From: Bacillota bacterium | GTDB taxonomy: Bacteria > Bacillota > Sulfobacillia > Fermentithermobacillales > Fermentithermobacillaceae | Direction: 5' to 3' | DNA length: 64,000 bases | Assembly: GCA_040766745.1 (NCBI GenBank) | Contig: JAXGPX010000008.1 | Coordinates: 11,813 to 75,812 of the forward strand | The notes under the pieces: generated by a model | The model's database searches: none | What the model saw: the letters and a program-made list of their open reading frames with translations, nothing else | What the model was told of the DNA's origin: nothing | Shown: positions 29,196-39,767 of the stretch, in pieces | Position numbering within the stretch: position 1 is the first letter of the stretch | How the letters are laid out: the number at the start of each line of letters is the position of its first letter | Program-made: the position numbers and the translations under genes

Positions 29196-30302
29196 TTGAC
29201 GCAACGTAGATTGGATATTCTCACCACAGGCGGAACCATAGCATCCAGGACTAAAGGCCCTATGGCAACCGGTGATGAGGTAGCAAATGAACTGCATCGC
29301 TTCTTTCCAGATGTGGAAATTGGGGTTCGTGAGGTCTGCCGCCTGGGCTCGAGCCAGATAACCACCAATGTTCTATGGGAGATAGGGGCTGAGGTGAAGA
29401 AGTCATTCCTGGATGGAGTAGACGGAGTTATCATAACCCATGGAACAGATACCCTTGAGGAGACAGCTTACTTTTTGGATTTGATTGGCGGCCCCAATAA
29501 ACAGGCCCGGGATGTTTCAGCTTCGCCGGAAGTGGAAGACCTACCGGCTTCGCCTGAAGAACCGGTTACGGAAGACTCACCCGAGTCAGATGAGGAGAGT
29601 ACATACGGAACGCCAATACGTGTTGAGGAAGTCATATCCAGCGCTGCAGCAAGGGTAGCTTTCGGTCCAACTGTTGTCACCGGTGCGATGAGAGGGTTTG
29701 ATGCGGTTGGTTACGATGGCCTGGCTAATCTGGTTGAATCGTGTCAGGTTGCCTTGGAGCCAGCTTCGGCTGAATACGGGGTTTTGGTGGTAATGAACGA
29801 TAGGATTCACCTCGCAAGAGAGGTTACCAAAGTTCATTCATGGCTTCTGGATGCATTTGCGTCGCCTGGCCTGGGGCCTGTGGGTTTTGTGGGTCAGGAG
29901 GGAGTAACTTACACAGTTAAGCCGCCGGTTCGCTCTTATGTAGAATACACTGCTCTGGTCCCTCCTGTGGATCTGATAAAAACGGGACTTGCCTCCGGTG
30001 ACAGGTTGGTTCGCACTCTAGTTGAAGCAGGGACCAGGGGATTGGTTGTTGAGAGTCTGGGACACGGCCATTTGCCTCCGGGAATGGTTGAAGCCCTTGA
30101 AGACGCGGTGAAAGATAATATACCTGTTGTGATTACGACTAGATGTCTGTCGGGAGGGGCTCCTAATCCGGGAACTGTAGATGATTCAGGATTCGTTACC
30201 ACAGACCTGAGCGGCCCCAAGGCAAGAATCAAGCTTATGCTTGCGCTTTCTGTGACAAATGATCCTGCTGAAATAGCAAAGATGTTTGGGCAGTGTCCGT
30301 GA
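29196..30302 (+). CDS. ansA: L-asparaginase with an unusual acidic Pro/Glu/Ser-rich insertion
   Basis: LTTGGTIASR threonine motif and ITHGTDTLEETAYFL motif. A roughly 45-aa insertion (SPEVEDLPASPEEPVTEDSPESDEEST) lies between conserved blocks. Confidence 0.75.
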   Translation: MTQRRLDILTTGGTIASRTKGPMATGDEVANELHRFFPDVEIGVREVCRLGSSQITTNVLWEIGAEVKKSFLDGVDGVIITHGTDTLEETAYFLDLIGGPNKQARDVSASPEVEDLPASPEEPVTEDSPESDEESTYGTPIRVEEVISSAAARVAFGPTVVTGAMRGFDAVGYDGLANLVESCQVALEPASAEYGVLVVMNDRIHLAREVTKVHSWLLDAFASPGLGPVGFVGQEGVTYTVKPPVRSYVEYTALVPPVDLIKTGLASGDRLVRTLVEAGTRGLVVESLGHGHLPPGMVEALEDAVKDNIPVVITTRCLSGGAPNPGTVDDSGFVTTDLSGPKARIKLMLALSVTNDPAEIAKMFGQCP

Positions 30303-30340
30303 TCAACCAGGCGTAACAAAAAAGTCCCATGGCTGCATAT

Positions 30341-32356
30341 TCAAGCATCTTTGGCAGCCAGATCTTGCAGCCGCCTGAGTCTACGATACATTGTGGCCCG
30401 GCTGATACCCAGGATTCGTGCTGCCCTTTCAACCTGGCCTCTGCCGGAACCTGCCTGTTCCATGGCGTATTGTATGGCTCTTTCTTCCGAAGTGGCTGCG
30501 ATTTGTTTTAAGCCTAGTCCCGGTGGGGTGCCTTTGGCCGCCATCCATCTTGCAATGCGCGGAGGCACGCTGGCCATTGATATCACAGATGTTTGTTCCA
30601 TGTTGATCCCGTATTCAATGGCATTTTGCAGTTCCCTGACGTTACCTGGCCAATCATAGGTAAGAAACAGATCCAGCACTTCTTGTGTGAACCCTTGAAT
30701 ATCTTTCCGGGTTATTTGGGTATACCTGTCCAGGTAATGCCTGAGCAGTGGCAGGATATCCTCCCGGTGTTCTCTCAAAGGAGGGATGCGAAGAGGTATC
30801 ACGCTGATCCTGAAGTACAGGTCTTCACGGAATTCTTTTTCACGCATCATCTCTTCAAGGTCATGGTTGGTGGCTGCTATGACCCGGATGTCCACTACTC
30901 TTTCCCTGGTTGAACCCAGGCGGGTGATGGTGTAATCTTGCAGCACCCTGAGTAATTTCGCCTGAAGGTGCAGAGGCATGTCGCCGATTTCGTCAAGCAG
31001 GAGGGTTCCCTTGTCGGCCAGTTCGATTTTGCCTGGTTTTCCTTCACGTCCTGCGCCCGTAAAAGCTCCAGGCGCATATCCGAACAGCTCGCTTTCAAGG
31101 AGGCTTTCCGGAATAGCACTGCAGTTTACAGCTACAAATGGCCCTTTACACCGGGGGCTTGCCGAGTGAATTGCCCTTGCCAGGAGGTCTTTGCCAGTGC
31201 CGCTTTCTCCGGTAATAAGGACAGTTGAGTTCCCAAAGGCTACACGCATAGCACCGTATTTGAGGTCTCGTATTGCCCTGCTTGAGCCGATGATTTCGTC
31301 AAAAGACCGGTTTTCTTTCTGCTCGGCCACTGAATAAGCCAGTCCTTGAATCTCTCTTGCGTCTTTTAGCACAATTACGCCGCCGGCAGGAGCGTCTTTG
31401 ACTTCGATTGGGAAAATCGAAACGTAGACGTGCTTGTCTTGGCCGGAACCTCTTGACGGAATGAATACTTCCTGATCGACGAAAGGACTGTTTGATTCAA
31501 GCGCCTGTTCAACCAGATTGCTTCTTAGCAAGCGCATGGCCTGGCGCCCAACAAGGTTGGTGCGGCCGAGAAGGGCAGACGCTTGCTTGTTGCAATGAGT
31601 TATGCACTTAGTTTCGTCGAAGGTAATCACTCCTTCACGCAAGGCCTCTATAGTAGTGGAAAGCTGTACTGTAGTAAGCTCAAGAGCCTTTCGGGCCCGT
31701 CTTTCGGCAACCTTTCCGGCCAAGAGGAATGTCATTTTTCTCAAGAATTCCATGTGGGTTCCCAAGTCGTCGAAGATTACCTGGCGTTGCTCAGGAGTCA
31801 ATGCAAAAAGGGCCATTACCCCTACAACCTGCTCATCGATGGAGATTGGGCAGCATATAAGGCCTGTCTCTAAGGTGTCTCCCGTAAGCGACGCAGGGTC
31901 GTATGTAGGATCATCCTGGGGGTTTGGCACAACGTACTCATTTCCTGTTGCGATAACTCTGCCAAACACAAATCCGTCTTCGATCTTGCCGCCTTCTTCG
32001 ATCTGCCCGGTGTGTCCGCGGTATGGCCCGGTAGCAGCGATAATCCTGAGATTTGAGTCTATGATCTCGGTCTCTACACTAAGGGCAGCGGAAACAGCCT
32101 CTGCAATCTGCTGGCACGATTCTTTGATCTCCCATAAGTCAGAATGAAGGTTGTGATTACTAACAGTGTTTCTACTAGGAGTATTATCTGTTGACAAGGA
32201 ATCTCCTCTCCCTGCAATGTGTCTCAAATTTGCCTCAAGTGTCTCAGTTATGAGATACTGTCTCAATAGTGACACAGTCGGCGAGACTGTGCAAGGCTTT
32301 TCGAGGGTTTGGAGTTGCACCAAAAGGCGTTTATCTGCGTTGTCTTCTGCTGGCAT
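30341..32356 (-). CDS. Sigma-54-dependent transcriptional activator with N-terminal GAF/PAS sensory domains and C-terminal HTH
   Basis: [15 protein letters not shown] Walker A; GAFTGA sigma-54 contact motif; C-terminal Fis-type HTH ([10 protein letters not shown]). Confidence 0.85.
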   Translation of the reverse strand: MPAEDNADKRLLVQLQTLEKPCTVSPTVSLLRQYLITETLEANLRHIAGRGDSLSTDNTPSRNTVSNHNLHSDLWEIKESCQQIAEAVSAALSVETEIIDSNLRIIAATGPYRGHTGQIEEGGKIEDGFVFGRVIATGNEYVVPNPQDDPTYDPASLTGDTLETGLICCPISIDEQVVGVMALFALTPEQRQVIFDDLGTHMEFLRKMTFLLAGKVAERRARKALELTTVQLSTTIEALREGVITFDETKCITHCNKQASALLGRTNLVGRQAMRLLRSNLVEQALESNSPFVDQEVFIPSRGSGQDKHVYVSIFPIEVKDAPAGGVIVLKDAREIQGLAYSVAEQKENRSFDEIIGSSRAIRDLKYGAMRVAFGNSTVLITGESGTGKDLLARAIHSASPRCKGPFVAVNCSAIPESLLESELFGYAPGAFTGAGREGKPGKIELADKGTLLLDEIGDMPLHLQAKLLRVLQDYTITRLGSTRERVVDIRVIAATNHDLEEMMREKEFREDLYFRISVIPLRIPPLREHREDILPLLRHYLDRYTQITRKDIQGFTQEVLDLFLTYDWPGNVRELQNAIEYGINMEQTSVISMASVPPRIARWMAAKGTPPGLGLKQIAATSEERAIQYAMEQAGSGRGQVERAARILGISRATMYRRLRRLQDLAAKDA

Positions 32357-32574
32357 GGATCTTGCTTAGAGTATCAATAGAGAGATTCCAAATTGTTAGA
32401 GTCCGAACTGTTTGTTCAAATGCTCACTATGAGTTGTTTTCGAAGTAGGCAAGACTCGAACGGGTTGGATCAAAATTTGTGCGGGGTAGGCGGGCTTGGC
32501 GCAATCCGGTAGTTACGATTGTGTCCACGTTTCTTGGGTGAACTGTTCGTGAGCAGTTCATATGCAATGCGATC

Positions 32575-34032
32575 ATGGTTATGTCCGTCTGCTACCAGGG
32601 AGGTATTTGGGCTTTCTTAGCAAATGATGTAAACGAGGTTAACTTAAGAACTGATTCTCACTATCAGTCTGCGGCGAGCCGAAGTACGGTAAAGAAATTG
32701 TTCCTTGTGGAAGGGTTCTTTTATGCGGCTGCTCTTGCGTTATTCGATGCCACAAGTGTAGTGGCCATGTTCCTTAGCACACTGGGTGCTTCTGCTTGGC
32801 AGATTGGATTGGTATCAGCTATCAAGCAGGTGGGAGTCCATGCGCCGCAGGTGTTTGTTGCTACCCGGTTTAATAAGAGGTTAAGCGGCCTTCTCGTGAA
32901 ATTTGTCTCCTTTCAGTGGTTGGCCACGGTCCTTATGGCTTTGTCCCCAGTGGTGGCTCATTTTCTAGGCGCCGGGCCGGCGTTTGTATGTTTTATGCTT
33001 GGATGGACCTGTTTTTCCTTTGGCGAAGGGGCTTATTTTGTCCCCTGGTCAGAGGCTGTGGCTTCCACTGTGGGCCGAAGATGCGGGAAGTTTCTTGGTG
33101 TGTACGGACTGGTTGAGAGTTTGGGGACTCTGTTTGCCGGGATGATTGTGTATATGGGCGCCAGGGCCGGTATCATGGGTAATAGCTATGGGTACCTGGG
33201 GATTTTTGGCTTAGGTTCAATAGGGCTAATGGTTACGGTTCCGGTGCTAGTACGTGTAGAGCACTACGATGATCTTGCACGGCTTGGCAGAAGGCGGAGG
33301 CTTGACATGCCGGCTCAGGTACCGGCAGGGATGCATGCTCGGGTGTCTTCACAGGTTCTGGAGCAGATTACACCGGGGCGGGACCTGGAAGACGACACAG
33401 ACAATTCTGTTGATGCGTCATCTAGCAGAGTCAACCCCTTTGAGACTTTCAGGAGAGTTCTGGCAGCGTCTGGCCGAGGATTTCGGGCGTTTGTAGGGGC
33501 GCAGCTCCTTTCTATGGTTGTCTATTCGATATCGCCTTTCATTCTTCTCTATGGATGCAATGAACTTGGCTTAACTACCGGGGCCTCAAGTCTGATTGTA
33601 TGGGCCGAGATGGCAGGAATCTCAGCTGGGAGCATTCTAGCCGGGCGCCTTTCATCCCGGTCTGGCGGCAGCGCAGTCGTGAAACTCAGCTGTGTTGCTT
33701 CTGCCGCCGTACCGCTGTTGGCGCTGCTGTCAGGTGTCATGCAAAACGGGGTACCAACGGAATTCGGCGTGATCTCAGTGATGGCGTCAATGCTGTGTCT
33801 CGGAATGTTTCACGGGTCGTCTTGGGTAAGTTGTACCGGGTATATAGTTGAAAGAATCAACGAAGAAGATAGGCCAATGATCATTGCACTGCTGAATTCA
33901 ATGATGCTCCCGTTTTTGTGTTTGAGCCCTATCGGCGGGCTGGCGGTTAAGCAGGTTGGGTATATGCCCGTGTTTGCGGCTGCTTTGGTTCCGTGTTTGG
34001 CATCGGCGGTGCTTGCATTCAAAGTGGATTAG
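32575..34032 (+). CDS. MFS-family transporter
   Basis: About 12 transmembrane segments in two halves; true start probably internal to the track ORF. Confidence 0.5.
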   Translation: MVMSVCYQGGIWAFLANDVNEVNLRTDSHYQSAASRSTVKKLFLVEGFFYAAALALFDATSVVAMFLSTLGASAWQIGLVSAIKQVGVHAPQVFVATRFNKRLSGLLVKFVSFQWLATVLMALSPVVAHFLGAGPAFVCFMLGWTCFSFGEGAYFVPWSEAVASTVGRRCGKFLGVYGLVESLGTLFAGMIVYMGARAGIMGNSYGYLGIFGLGSIGLMVTVPVLVRVEHYDDLARLGRRRRLDMPAQVPAGMHARVSSQVLEQITPGRDLEDDTDNSVDASSSRVNPFETFRRVLAASGRGFRAFVGAQLLSMVVYSISPFILLYGCNELGLTTGASSLIVWAEMAGISAGSILAGRLSSRSGGSAVVKLSCVASAAVPLLALLSGVMQNGVPTEFGVISVMASMLCLGMFHGSSWVSCTGYIVERINEEDRPMIIALLNSMMLPFLCLSPIGGLAVKQVGYMPVFAAALVPCLASAVLAFKVD

Positions 34033-34154
34033 ATTCCTATTCTGTGTTTCTTACAGAGTAAACATAAGTCGTGTTGCTGGATTCCACCGTTTGTCAAAAT
34101 TTGTGACGACTCAACAGGATATCTGTAAGTTATGGATACAACTACGTGCAAACC

Positions 34155-34202
34155 CCGTAGCTATAGCTACGGCAAAGCCATTAACTCGTAGCCATAGCTA
34201 CG
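34155..34202. promoter_or_regulatory. Pair of near-identical 16-18 bp palindromes (CCGTAGCTATAGCTACGG and CGTAGCCATAGCTACG) upstream of plsY
   Basis: A perfect palindrome at 34155-34172 and a near-perfect one at 34187-34202, 14 bp apart, with no U-tract. Candidate paired operator. Confidence 0.35.
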
Positions 34203-34505
34203 ATTACATAATGTCGGCCTCGAAAACGATGAATAAACCTGGCAATCCTACTTCAAAAGGCAATTTTCCTCGCTAATCTGTGCAATATGTCGGGCGCTGT
34301 TATGCCACAGTATCTGGATGTCTTTTGTGGGTTCATGGGATTGAGCAGGAGATCTCTGTTGCGGGGCTGGATTTGGACGCAACGAGGTAGGGCGGGATCT
34401 CCTGCTACAGTATCCTGAGGTAACCTGGTCATATGAGGACAATTCGATCCATATTATGATGGCGGTGCTCTCTGGGTTTGCGTACTCTATAGATGAGGTG
34501 GTTAT

Positions 34506-35072
34506 ATGGGTACGGGCGTCATGGTAGTCACAGGCGGGTACCTGCTTGGCTCCATTTTGCCGGCAGTGTGGTTTGTGAGGTGCAGGACAGGCAAGATGCC
34601 CTGGGAGATGGGGGACAATCCAGGTACTGCCGGTGTATGGAGATTGGCAGGGCCGGGGTATGCGATTTTCACCGGTGTTTTCGACATAGCAAAAGGGATA
34701 GTGCCTCTGGCTATTGCCCGAGGTTTGGGCTTGGAAGGATTGTGGCTCACGGCCTCTGCTTGCGCTCCTGTAATCGGGCACAACTGGCCTGTGTTTCACC
34801 GGTTTCGGGGCGGCAGGGGCCTTGCCACTGCAAGCGGGGCTCTTCTGTATATCGCGTGGAATGAGATGCTTCCCGCCTACCTATTCGGAATCCTGGCTGC
34901 ATACCGGAAAAAGTGGGCTCCCATGGCCGGTGTCGTGGCTTTTCCGGTAGGGATGGCTTTGATGTTTGTTCGATCTGTGGACAGACAACGGATTCTTGCA
35001 GCATTGTGTGTGATGCTTGTGGTGCTCTTACGGCAGGTGCCATGGTTAGTGGAGAAGATCGGCGAGAGGTAG
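34506..35072 (+). CDS. plsY: Glycerol-3-phosphate acyltransferase PlsY
   Basis: YLLGSI N-terminus, GDNPGTAGVWRLAG and VIGHNWPVFHRFRGGRGLAT motifs diagnostic of PlsY. Confidence 0.8.
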   Translation: MGTGVMVVTGGYLLGSILPAVWFVRCRTGKMPWEMGDNPGTAGVWRLAGPGYAIFTGVFDIAKGIVPLAIARGLGLEGLWLTASACAPVIGHNWPVFHRFRGGRGLATASGALLYIAWNEMLPAYLFGILAAYRKKWAPMAGVVAFPVGMALMFVRSVDRQRILAALCVMLVVLLRQVPWLVEKIGER

Positions 35073-35150
35073 GAGAAATCGGCGAACTGTAGAACTACAT
35101 TAACATGACTACAACATGATCCTCCAAAGGAAAGGAATGCACTAAGAACC

Positions 35151-35519
35151 TTGGGCAAGGCACATATCTATTGCATGCTCGGACAGACTGTTACAGTCAC
35201 AGTTGACCGGCCCCTCGGCAGCGTTCATCCGGAACACAAGGGACTGCGTTATCCTGTGAATTACGGCTATGTACAAGGTGTTGTTGCTCAAGATGGCGAA
35301 GAACAGGATGCATATATCTTGGGTGTAGGCGAGCCGGTTAACGAGTTTTCAGGAAAGGTAATCGCCGTCATCCACCGCAAAGACGATGTTGAAGACAAAC
35401 TCGTGGTTGTCCCTGACGGCGTGGACATGACTAAAGATGAGATTCGCAAAGCTGTATGGTTTACAGAGCAGTATTTTGACATCGAAATAGTGAGTTCCAT
35501 CGGGGGAGTAATTAAATGA
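35151..35519 (+). CDS. Small conserved protein, possibly a short inorganic pyrophosphatase-like protein
   Basis: DRPLGSVHPEHKGLRYPVNYGYV motif, 122 aa. Function is uncertain. Confidence 0.3.
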   Translation: MGKAHIYCMLGQTVTVTVDRPLGSVHPEHKGLRYPVNYGYVQGVVAQDGEEQDAYILGVGEPVNEFSGKVIAVIHRKDDVEDKLVVVPDGVDMTKDEIRKAVWFTEQYFDIEIVSSIGGVIK

Positions 35520-36505
35520 AGGACATAATGGACGAAATCGCCGCAATAAGGTCTTCTATGGCCCAGGTCATTGTAGGCAAATCAGAGGTAATCGACCTTC
35601 TTCTTACTGTATTTTTGTCTGAGGGCCACGCCCTTATCGAGGATGTCCCTGGAGTCGGCAAGACCCTTCTGGCCAAAACGTTTGCCCGGTGCATGGGCCT
35701 TGTTTTCAGAAGAATCCAGTTCACTCCCGACCTGCTGCCTGCAGATGTAACCGGTACAAGTGTGTTCAACCAAAAGACCCTTGATTTCGAGTTCAGGCCC
35801 GGCCCGGTGTTTTCCGACATTGTCCTCGCTGACGAGATTAACAGGGCAACGCCGAGGACCCAGTCGAGCCTTCTTGAGTGTATGGAGGAACGGCAGGTAA
35901 CAGTTGACGGAAGCACTTATCCGCTGTCTGGCGATTTCATGGTGCTTGCAACCCAAAACCCTGTTGAACTCAGCGGTACTTTCCCTCTGCCTGAGGCTCA
36001 GATGGACAGATTTCTTATGAGGATCCGGATAGGATACCCCTCTAAAGAGGAAGAGCAGGAGATAGTATTGCGGTTCGAGAAAGGGGCCCACGTTTTGCCT
36101 GAGATCGAATCCGTTGGTGCCGCGAGAATCGCTGTGCTGAAGGCCAGGGCCAAGGAGGTTTATCTTTCCAGGGAGATAGTAGATTACATTGCCGAGATAA
36201 CACGGCAGACCCGTAGGATGCAGATAGTTGAGCTAGGCGTGAGCCCGAGGGCAACCCTTGCTTTGGCCAGGGCCTGCAAGAGCTATGCCCTCGTTCAGGG
36301 CAGGTCTTATGTTATCCCAGACGATGTCAAACATCTTGCAGTCCCGGTTCTTTCCCACAGGCTCATGGTGTCACAGGATATGTTTTACCGCGGAAAATCC
36401 CAGGATGACCTCATTCAAGAGGTTCTTGACATGGTAACAGTGCCGGTAGGGACGTCTACAGGGACGCCTGTAGGGGGTGGCCAGGAAGAGGAACTGACAC
36501 AATGA
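35516..36505 (+). CDS. MoxR-family AAA+ ATPase
   Basis: Walker A GVPGVGKT; Walker B VLADEINRA; 329 aa. Confidence 0.85.
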   Translation: MKDIMDEIAAIRSSMAQVIVGKSEVIDLLLTVFLSEGHALIEDVPGVGKTLLAKTFARCMGLVFRRIQFTPDLLPADVTGTSVFNQKTLDFEFRPGPVFSDIVLADEINRATPRTQSSLLECMEERQVTVDGSTYPLSGDFMVLATQNPVELSGTFPLPEAQMDRFLMRIRIGYPSKEEEQEIVLRFEKGAHVLPEIESVGAARIAVLKARAKEVYLSREIVDYIAEITRQTRRMQIVELGVSPRATLALARACKSYALVQGRSYVIPDDVKHLAVPVLSHRLMVSQDMFYRGKSQDDLIQEVLDMVTVPVGTSTGTPVGGGQEEELTQ

Positions 36506-37755
36506 CCACCAGGGCCATTGCTACAGTAGGTGCAGTAATGCTTGCCGTAGGAGTCATAGCCAGGATGGGCTACGCTTCTATAGGAGGAGCCTACCTTCTG
36601 GCAGCAAGCGCCATAGGTTGGTGGTACTCCCGTGCCTGCTTGAAGCATGTCCAATATATCCGTGATTTCGAAAGAACCAGGGCGTTTTTGGGTGATTCAA
36701 TCAGACTCAAGGTGTCGATAGAAAACCGCAAACCTTTGCCTGTCATGGCCCTAACTTGCGCAGACGAAGTCCCTGATAAAGATGGCGTTGAGTCGCTGCC
36801 CCTGGCACCATACTACAAAACCGGGCGGGCAATTTTGAAGAACGATGTTTATGTCGGAAGCTTTCAGCGTGTTGAAAGGGAGTTCAAGTTAGATTGCGTG
36901 TCCAGGGGCGCCTTTCGATTTGGGCCCGTGTCGTTAAGAGCCACTGATCCCATGGGCATGGAGGAAACCAAGGTGGTTGTGGATACTGTGGACACACTGG
37001 TGGTATACCCCCGGCTCTTGCGTGTGGCAGGATTGGATCTGCTCCGAAAGGATCCTACAGGCGGAATACCCGATCGTGGCTGGATAAACCCGGATCCAAT
37101 GCAGATAGTCGGTATCAGGCCATATTATCCCGGTACCCCCCTTAACCAGGTAGCGTGGAAAGCAACGGCAAAATCAGCTTCCCTCAAAGCCAAAATGACC
37201 TTACCCGGTTTTCACTCTCAAGTAATGGTGGCCCTAAACCTGAACACAGGACAGCATGTGTGGGACGGAATAGATAAAAACTCCCTGGAGTCTGTTGTGT
37301 GTATCTGTGCTTCTGTTTGCAATGAACTCCTTAGCAGTGGAATCCCGTTCGGTTTTGCTTCGAATTTTCCCGGAAAGAAGGCGCACAGGCACCTGTTCAT
37401 GGCTCCCGGCCTTTCAAACGGACATTTCCGTGCGGTTCTGGAATACCTGGCAACAGTGTTTATGCCGTGGGGCCGGTTCAGCGAAACCCTGGCTGAAATA
37501 GCCAGTAAGATGCCGGTAAGCACTGAGGTATTAGCAGTTATGCCTAATCCGTCCCTAGAAGACTGGGTTCAACTCAAGAGGCTCCAGTCTCGCGGGCACA
37601 GGATATCAGCAATTGTGTTGAAAATATCTCCTGAGCATAGTGACTTTTGTAACTCTATCCCGGTTTACAGGCCTTTAGCCCCGGTAGACTGGCGTTCCGG
37701 GGAGGTGATCCGGCTTGAAAGATTGGTTCCAGAGGGCGCTTCTGTCTCTGTCTGA
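36502..37755 (+). CDS. DUF58/vWA-like domain protein (MoxR partner)
   Basis: Two N-terminal transmembrane helices; canonical placement immediately after MoxR with overlapping stop/start. Confidence 0.6.
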   Translation: MTTRAIATVGAVMLAVGVIARMGYASIGGAYLLAASAIGWWYSRACLKHVQYIRDFERTRAFLGDSIRLKVSIENRKPLPVMALTCADEVPDKDGVESLPLAPYYKTGRAILKNDVYVGSFQRVEREFKLDCVSRGAFRFGPVSLRATDPMGMEETKVVVDTVDTLVVYPRLLRVAGLDLLRKDPTGGIPDRGWINPDPMQIVGIRPYYPGTPLNQVAWKATAKSASLKAKMTLPGFHSQVMVALNLNTGQHVWDGIDKNSLESVVCICASVCNELLSSGIPFGFASNFPGKKAHRHLFMAPGLSNGHFRAVLEYLATVFMPWGRFSETLAEIASKMPVSTEVLAVMPNPSLEDWVQLKRLQSRGHRISAIVLKISPEHSDFCNSIPVYRPLAPVDWRSGEVIRLERLVPEGASVSV

Positions 37756-39118
37756 AGCTCTCTTGTGGGGGCGGGCTGCCTCTATTATGAGCTACCGCCT
37801 GGGCTTGGGGTTTTCGTGGGAAGGGGCTTTCGCAGTTATCCTGGCCAGCCACTTTCTGGGGCAATGGGCAGCGGCGAGGGTAATGAGACGAGGCGACGGA
37901 CATACCAGTGACTTTGACGCCGGCGATGGCGACTCTTTGAAGCGTTCTTTGCTCTTGGCGTGGGCAGGCATATTGATAGGCGTGAGTGTCTGCCTGGGGA
38001 TCATCTGGCATAGCATAGGTCATCCCATGTCGTGGCTGTGTACCGGGGTTGCCCTGTCAGTGTTGTCTTCAGCTGTTGGCATAAACGCAGTTACCAAGCA
38101 TCTTGGTTCTCTCGGGGCAAGGAGAAAACTGGTCTTAGGAAGTATTATTTTCTTCTTTATGGCGCTGGGCCGGACTGCCCCCCAATCATCTGTATTTCGC
38201 GACACAATTTTGTATCTTCTTGTTTCTTCTATGTTTCTTATCAGGCAAAGAGGCCTCGAGGTTGATAAGAGCGTCCTGGTTTCAAGAAACCGCCGCTGGA
38301 ACACGAGTTCTGTAATAGTAGTGTCTATTGCCATGTTGTTGGCAGTGGCCTTTTCTCTGGGTTCGTCAGCAGGCAGGCAACTTGTGTCTGAACTACTGCG
38401 GGTAATTGAGCCGGTTCTTGAGAAGACGTTAGAGATTATCCTCCTGCCCGTGGGCTATTTCATCCAGTGGCTTGGGGCTATTCTGCAGAGGTTTATGACT
38501 CAAGATGACACCAAGTTTTCCATTGAATTTGATTCATTCCTTGATGATCTGCGAAAACTCCAGCAAGAGCAAGACACCCTTTTGACCCTGCCGCTTTGGC
38601 TGAAGTTGCTCTTATCCGGGACTGTCATCACTGTATCCCTTATCCTTTTGTGGCGTTTCATATCACGGACAATGGATAGGACAGAACAGGGCTTTGCAGA
38701 TGAATCCCGGATCAGCCTCGCATCCAGTGGCGCTGTGAAAGAGTGGCTTGACCTCACTCTCAATGAAGGGAAACAGAAGTTGGGGAAGTCTTTGCAGCGT
38801 TTGCGCCGGTTGGTTTCTGGTTCAGACCCGCAGACCGTTGAAGAGATTTATGCCAGGGCAACCGAGTTCATGTCGAAGAAAGGTTTTCCGAGACATCCTG
38901 CTCTTACTCCGTTTGAATACCTGAGGATTATCGAGAATCATATGGGGGCAAGCGAGGTTTTCTCCTACTTGGAGACAATTTCATTAATCTTCTCTGAGTG
39001 CCATTATGCATGCAGAAAACCAGAGGAGGCAGAGTGGCAATCGGCACTTTCCGCCTATCATGGTCTGCTGAGACACGAAGAATGGCAGGGTGCCGGTGAG
39101 CCGGCAGTCAGCGATTGA
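37715..39118 (+). CDS. Membrane protein, third gene of the MoxR-DUF58 module (transglutaminase-like/DUF4129-like position)
   Basis: TTG start with GGAGGTG Shine-Dalgarno; about 6 transmembrane segments followed by a soluble C-terminal domain; conserved gene-order position. Confidence 0.4.
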   Translation: MKDWFQRALLSLSEALLWGRAASIMSYRLGLGFSWEGAFAVILASHFLGQWAAARVMRRGDGHTSDFDAGDGDSLKRSLLLAWAGILIGVSVCLGIIWHSIGHPMSWLCTGVALSVLSSAVGINAVTKHLGSLGARRKLVLGSIIFFFMALGRTAPQSSVFRDTILYLLVSSMFLIRQRGLEVDKSVLVSRNRRWNTSSVIVVSIAMLLAVAFSLGSSAGRQLVSELLRVIEPVLEKTLEIILLPVGYFIQWLGAILQRFMTQDDTKFSIEFDSFLDDLRKLQQEQDTLLTLPLWLKLLLSGTVITVSLILLWRFISRTMDRTEQGFADESRISLASSGAVKEWLDLTLNEGKQKLGKSLQRLRRLVSGSDPQTVEEIYARATEFMSKKGFPRHPALTPFEYLRIIENHMGASEVFSYLETISLIFSECHYACRKPEEAEWQSALSAYHGLLRHEEWQGAGEPAVSD

Positions 39119-39129
39119 AGATAGAATAG

Positions 39130-39560
39130 GTTGAACCCGTCCTGTAGATCGACGGCCAAATCTGCACCTGTCCATCTGCAGAACATTCAGCTGGAACGTG
39201 TGCGTCTGCTGATACATTCGGATGGAACTTGCCGTCAGGAACGACAGGTCGGCGCAAACCATTCCTCCGCAGAGACACTCAGCCTGAACCTGTAGTTCGG
39301 AGCGACAGCTAAGCTTGAACCTGTGCGTGTACAGATACACTTTGGTGAAATATGTCTCCTGGAACGCTCCTTCGGCCCAAACCATTCCTCTACAGAAACA
39401 CTTCAGCCGGCATCTGTATTCCATAGCGACAGTTTAGCTCAAACCGTTCTCCTACTGGTACACTCCGCTCGAACCTGTCGTTCAGAACGACAGACAGATA
39501 TGGACTTGTGCTTCCAGATAAATTCCGGGTATCACCTGTTCTCCAGATCAAGGTCTACCT
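39130..39560. repeat. Degenerate copy (about 7 units) of the 61-bp repeat family seen at 9312-9880
   Basis: Units share GGAACGACAG...CAAACC...CTGAACCTG order; I estimate about 70% identity to the 9.3-kb array by eye. Confidence 0.6.
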
Positions 39561-39767
39561 AGCCCTAACATCTGAAAATTCACTGTATTAACCGGATCAA
39601 GAAGGTTTTTCAGCCCAGTGAGGCGGAAATACACACAGACCAAACCGTAAACCGGGTAGAACTAGGTCAAGGTATTGGAAGAAGTGTTGGGCGCAATATT
39701 ACGTCAAGGCATTGGGCTGAGGCACTAGGCAGAAGCATTAGACAGAAGCACATAAGGGGGTATATCC

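Noticed and set aside
32357-32574. Sigma-54 promoter for the MFS transporter divergent from the sigma-54 activator
   Set aside because: The candidate TGGCGC...GGTAG has neither the -12 GC element nor the correct spacing.
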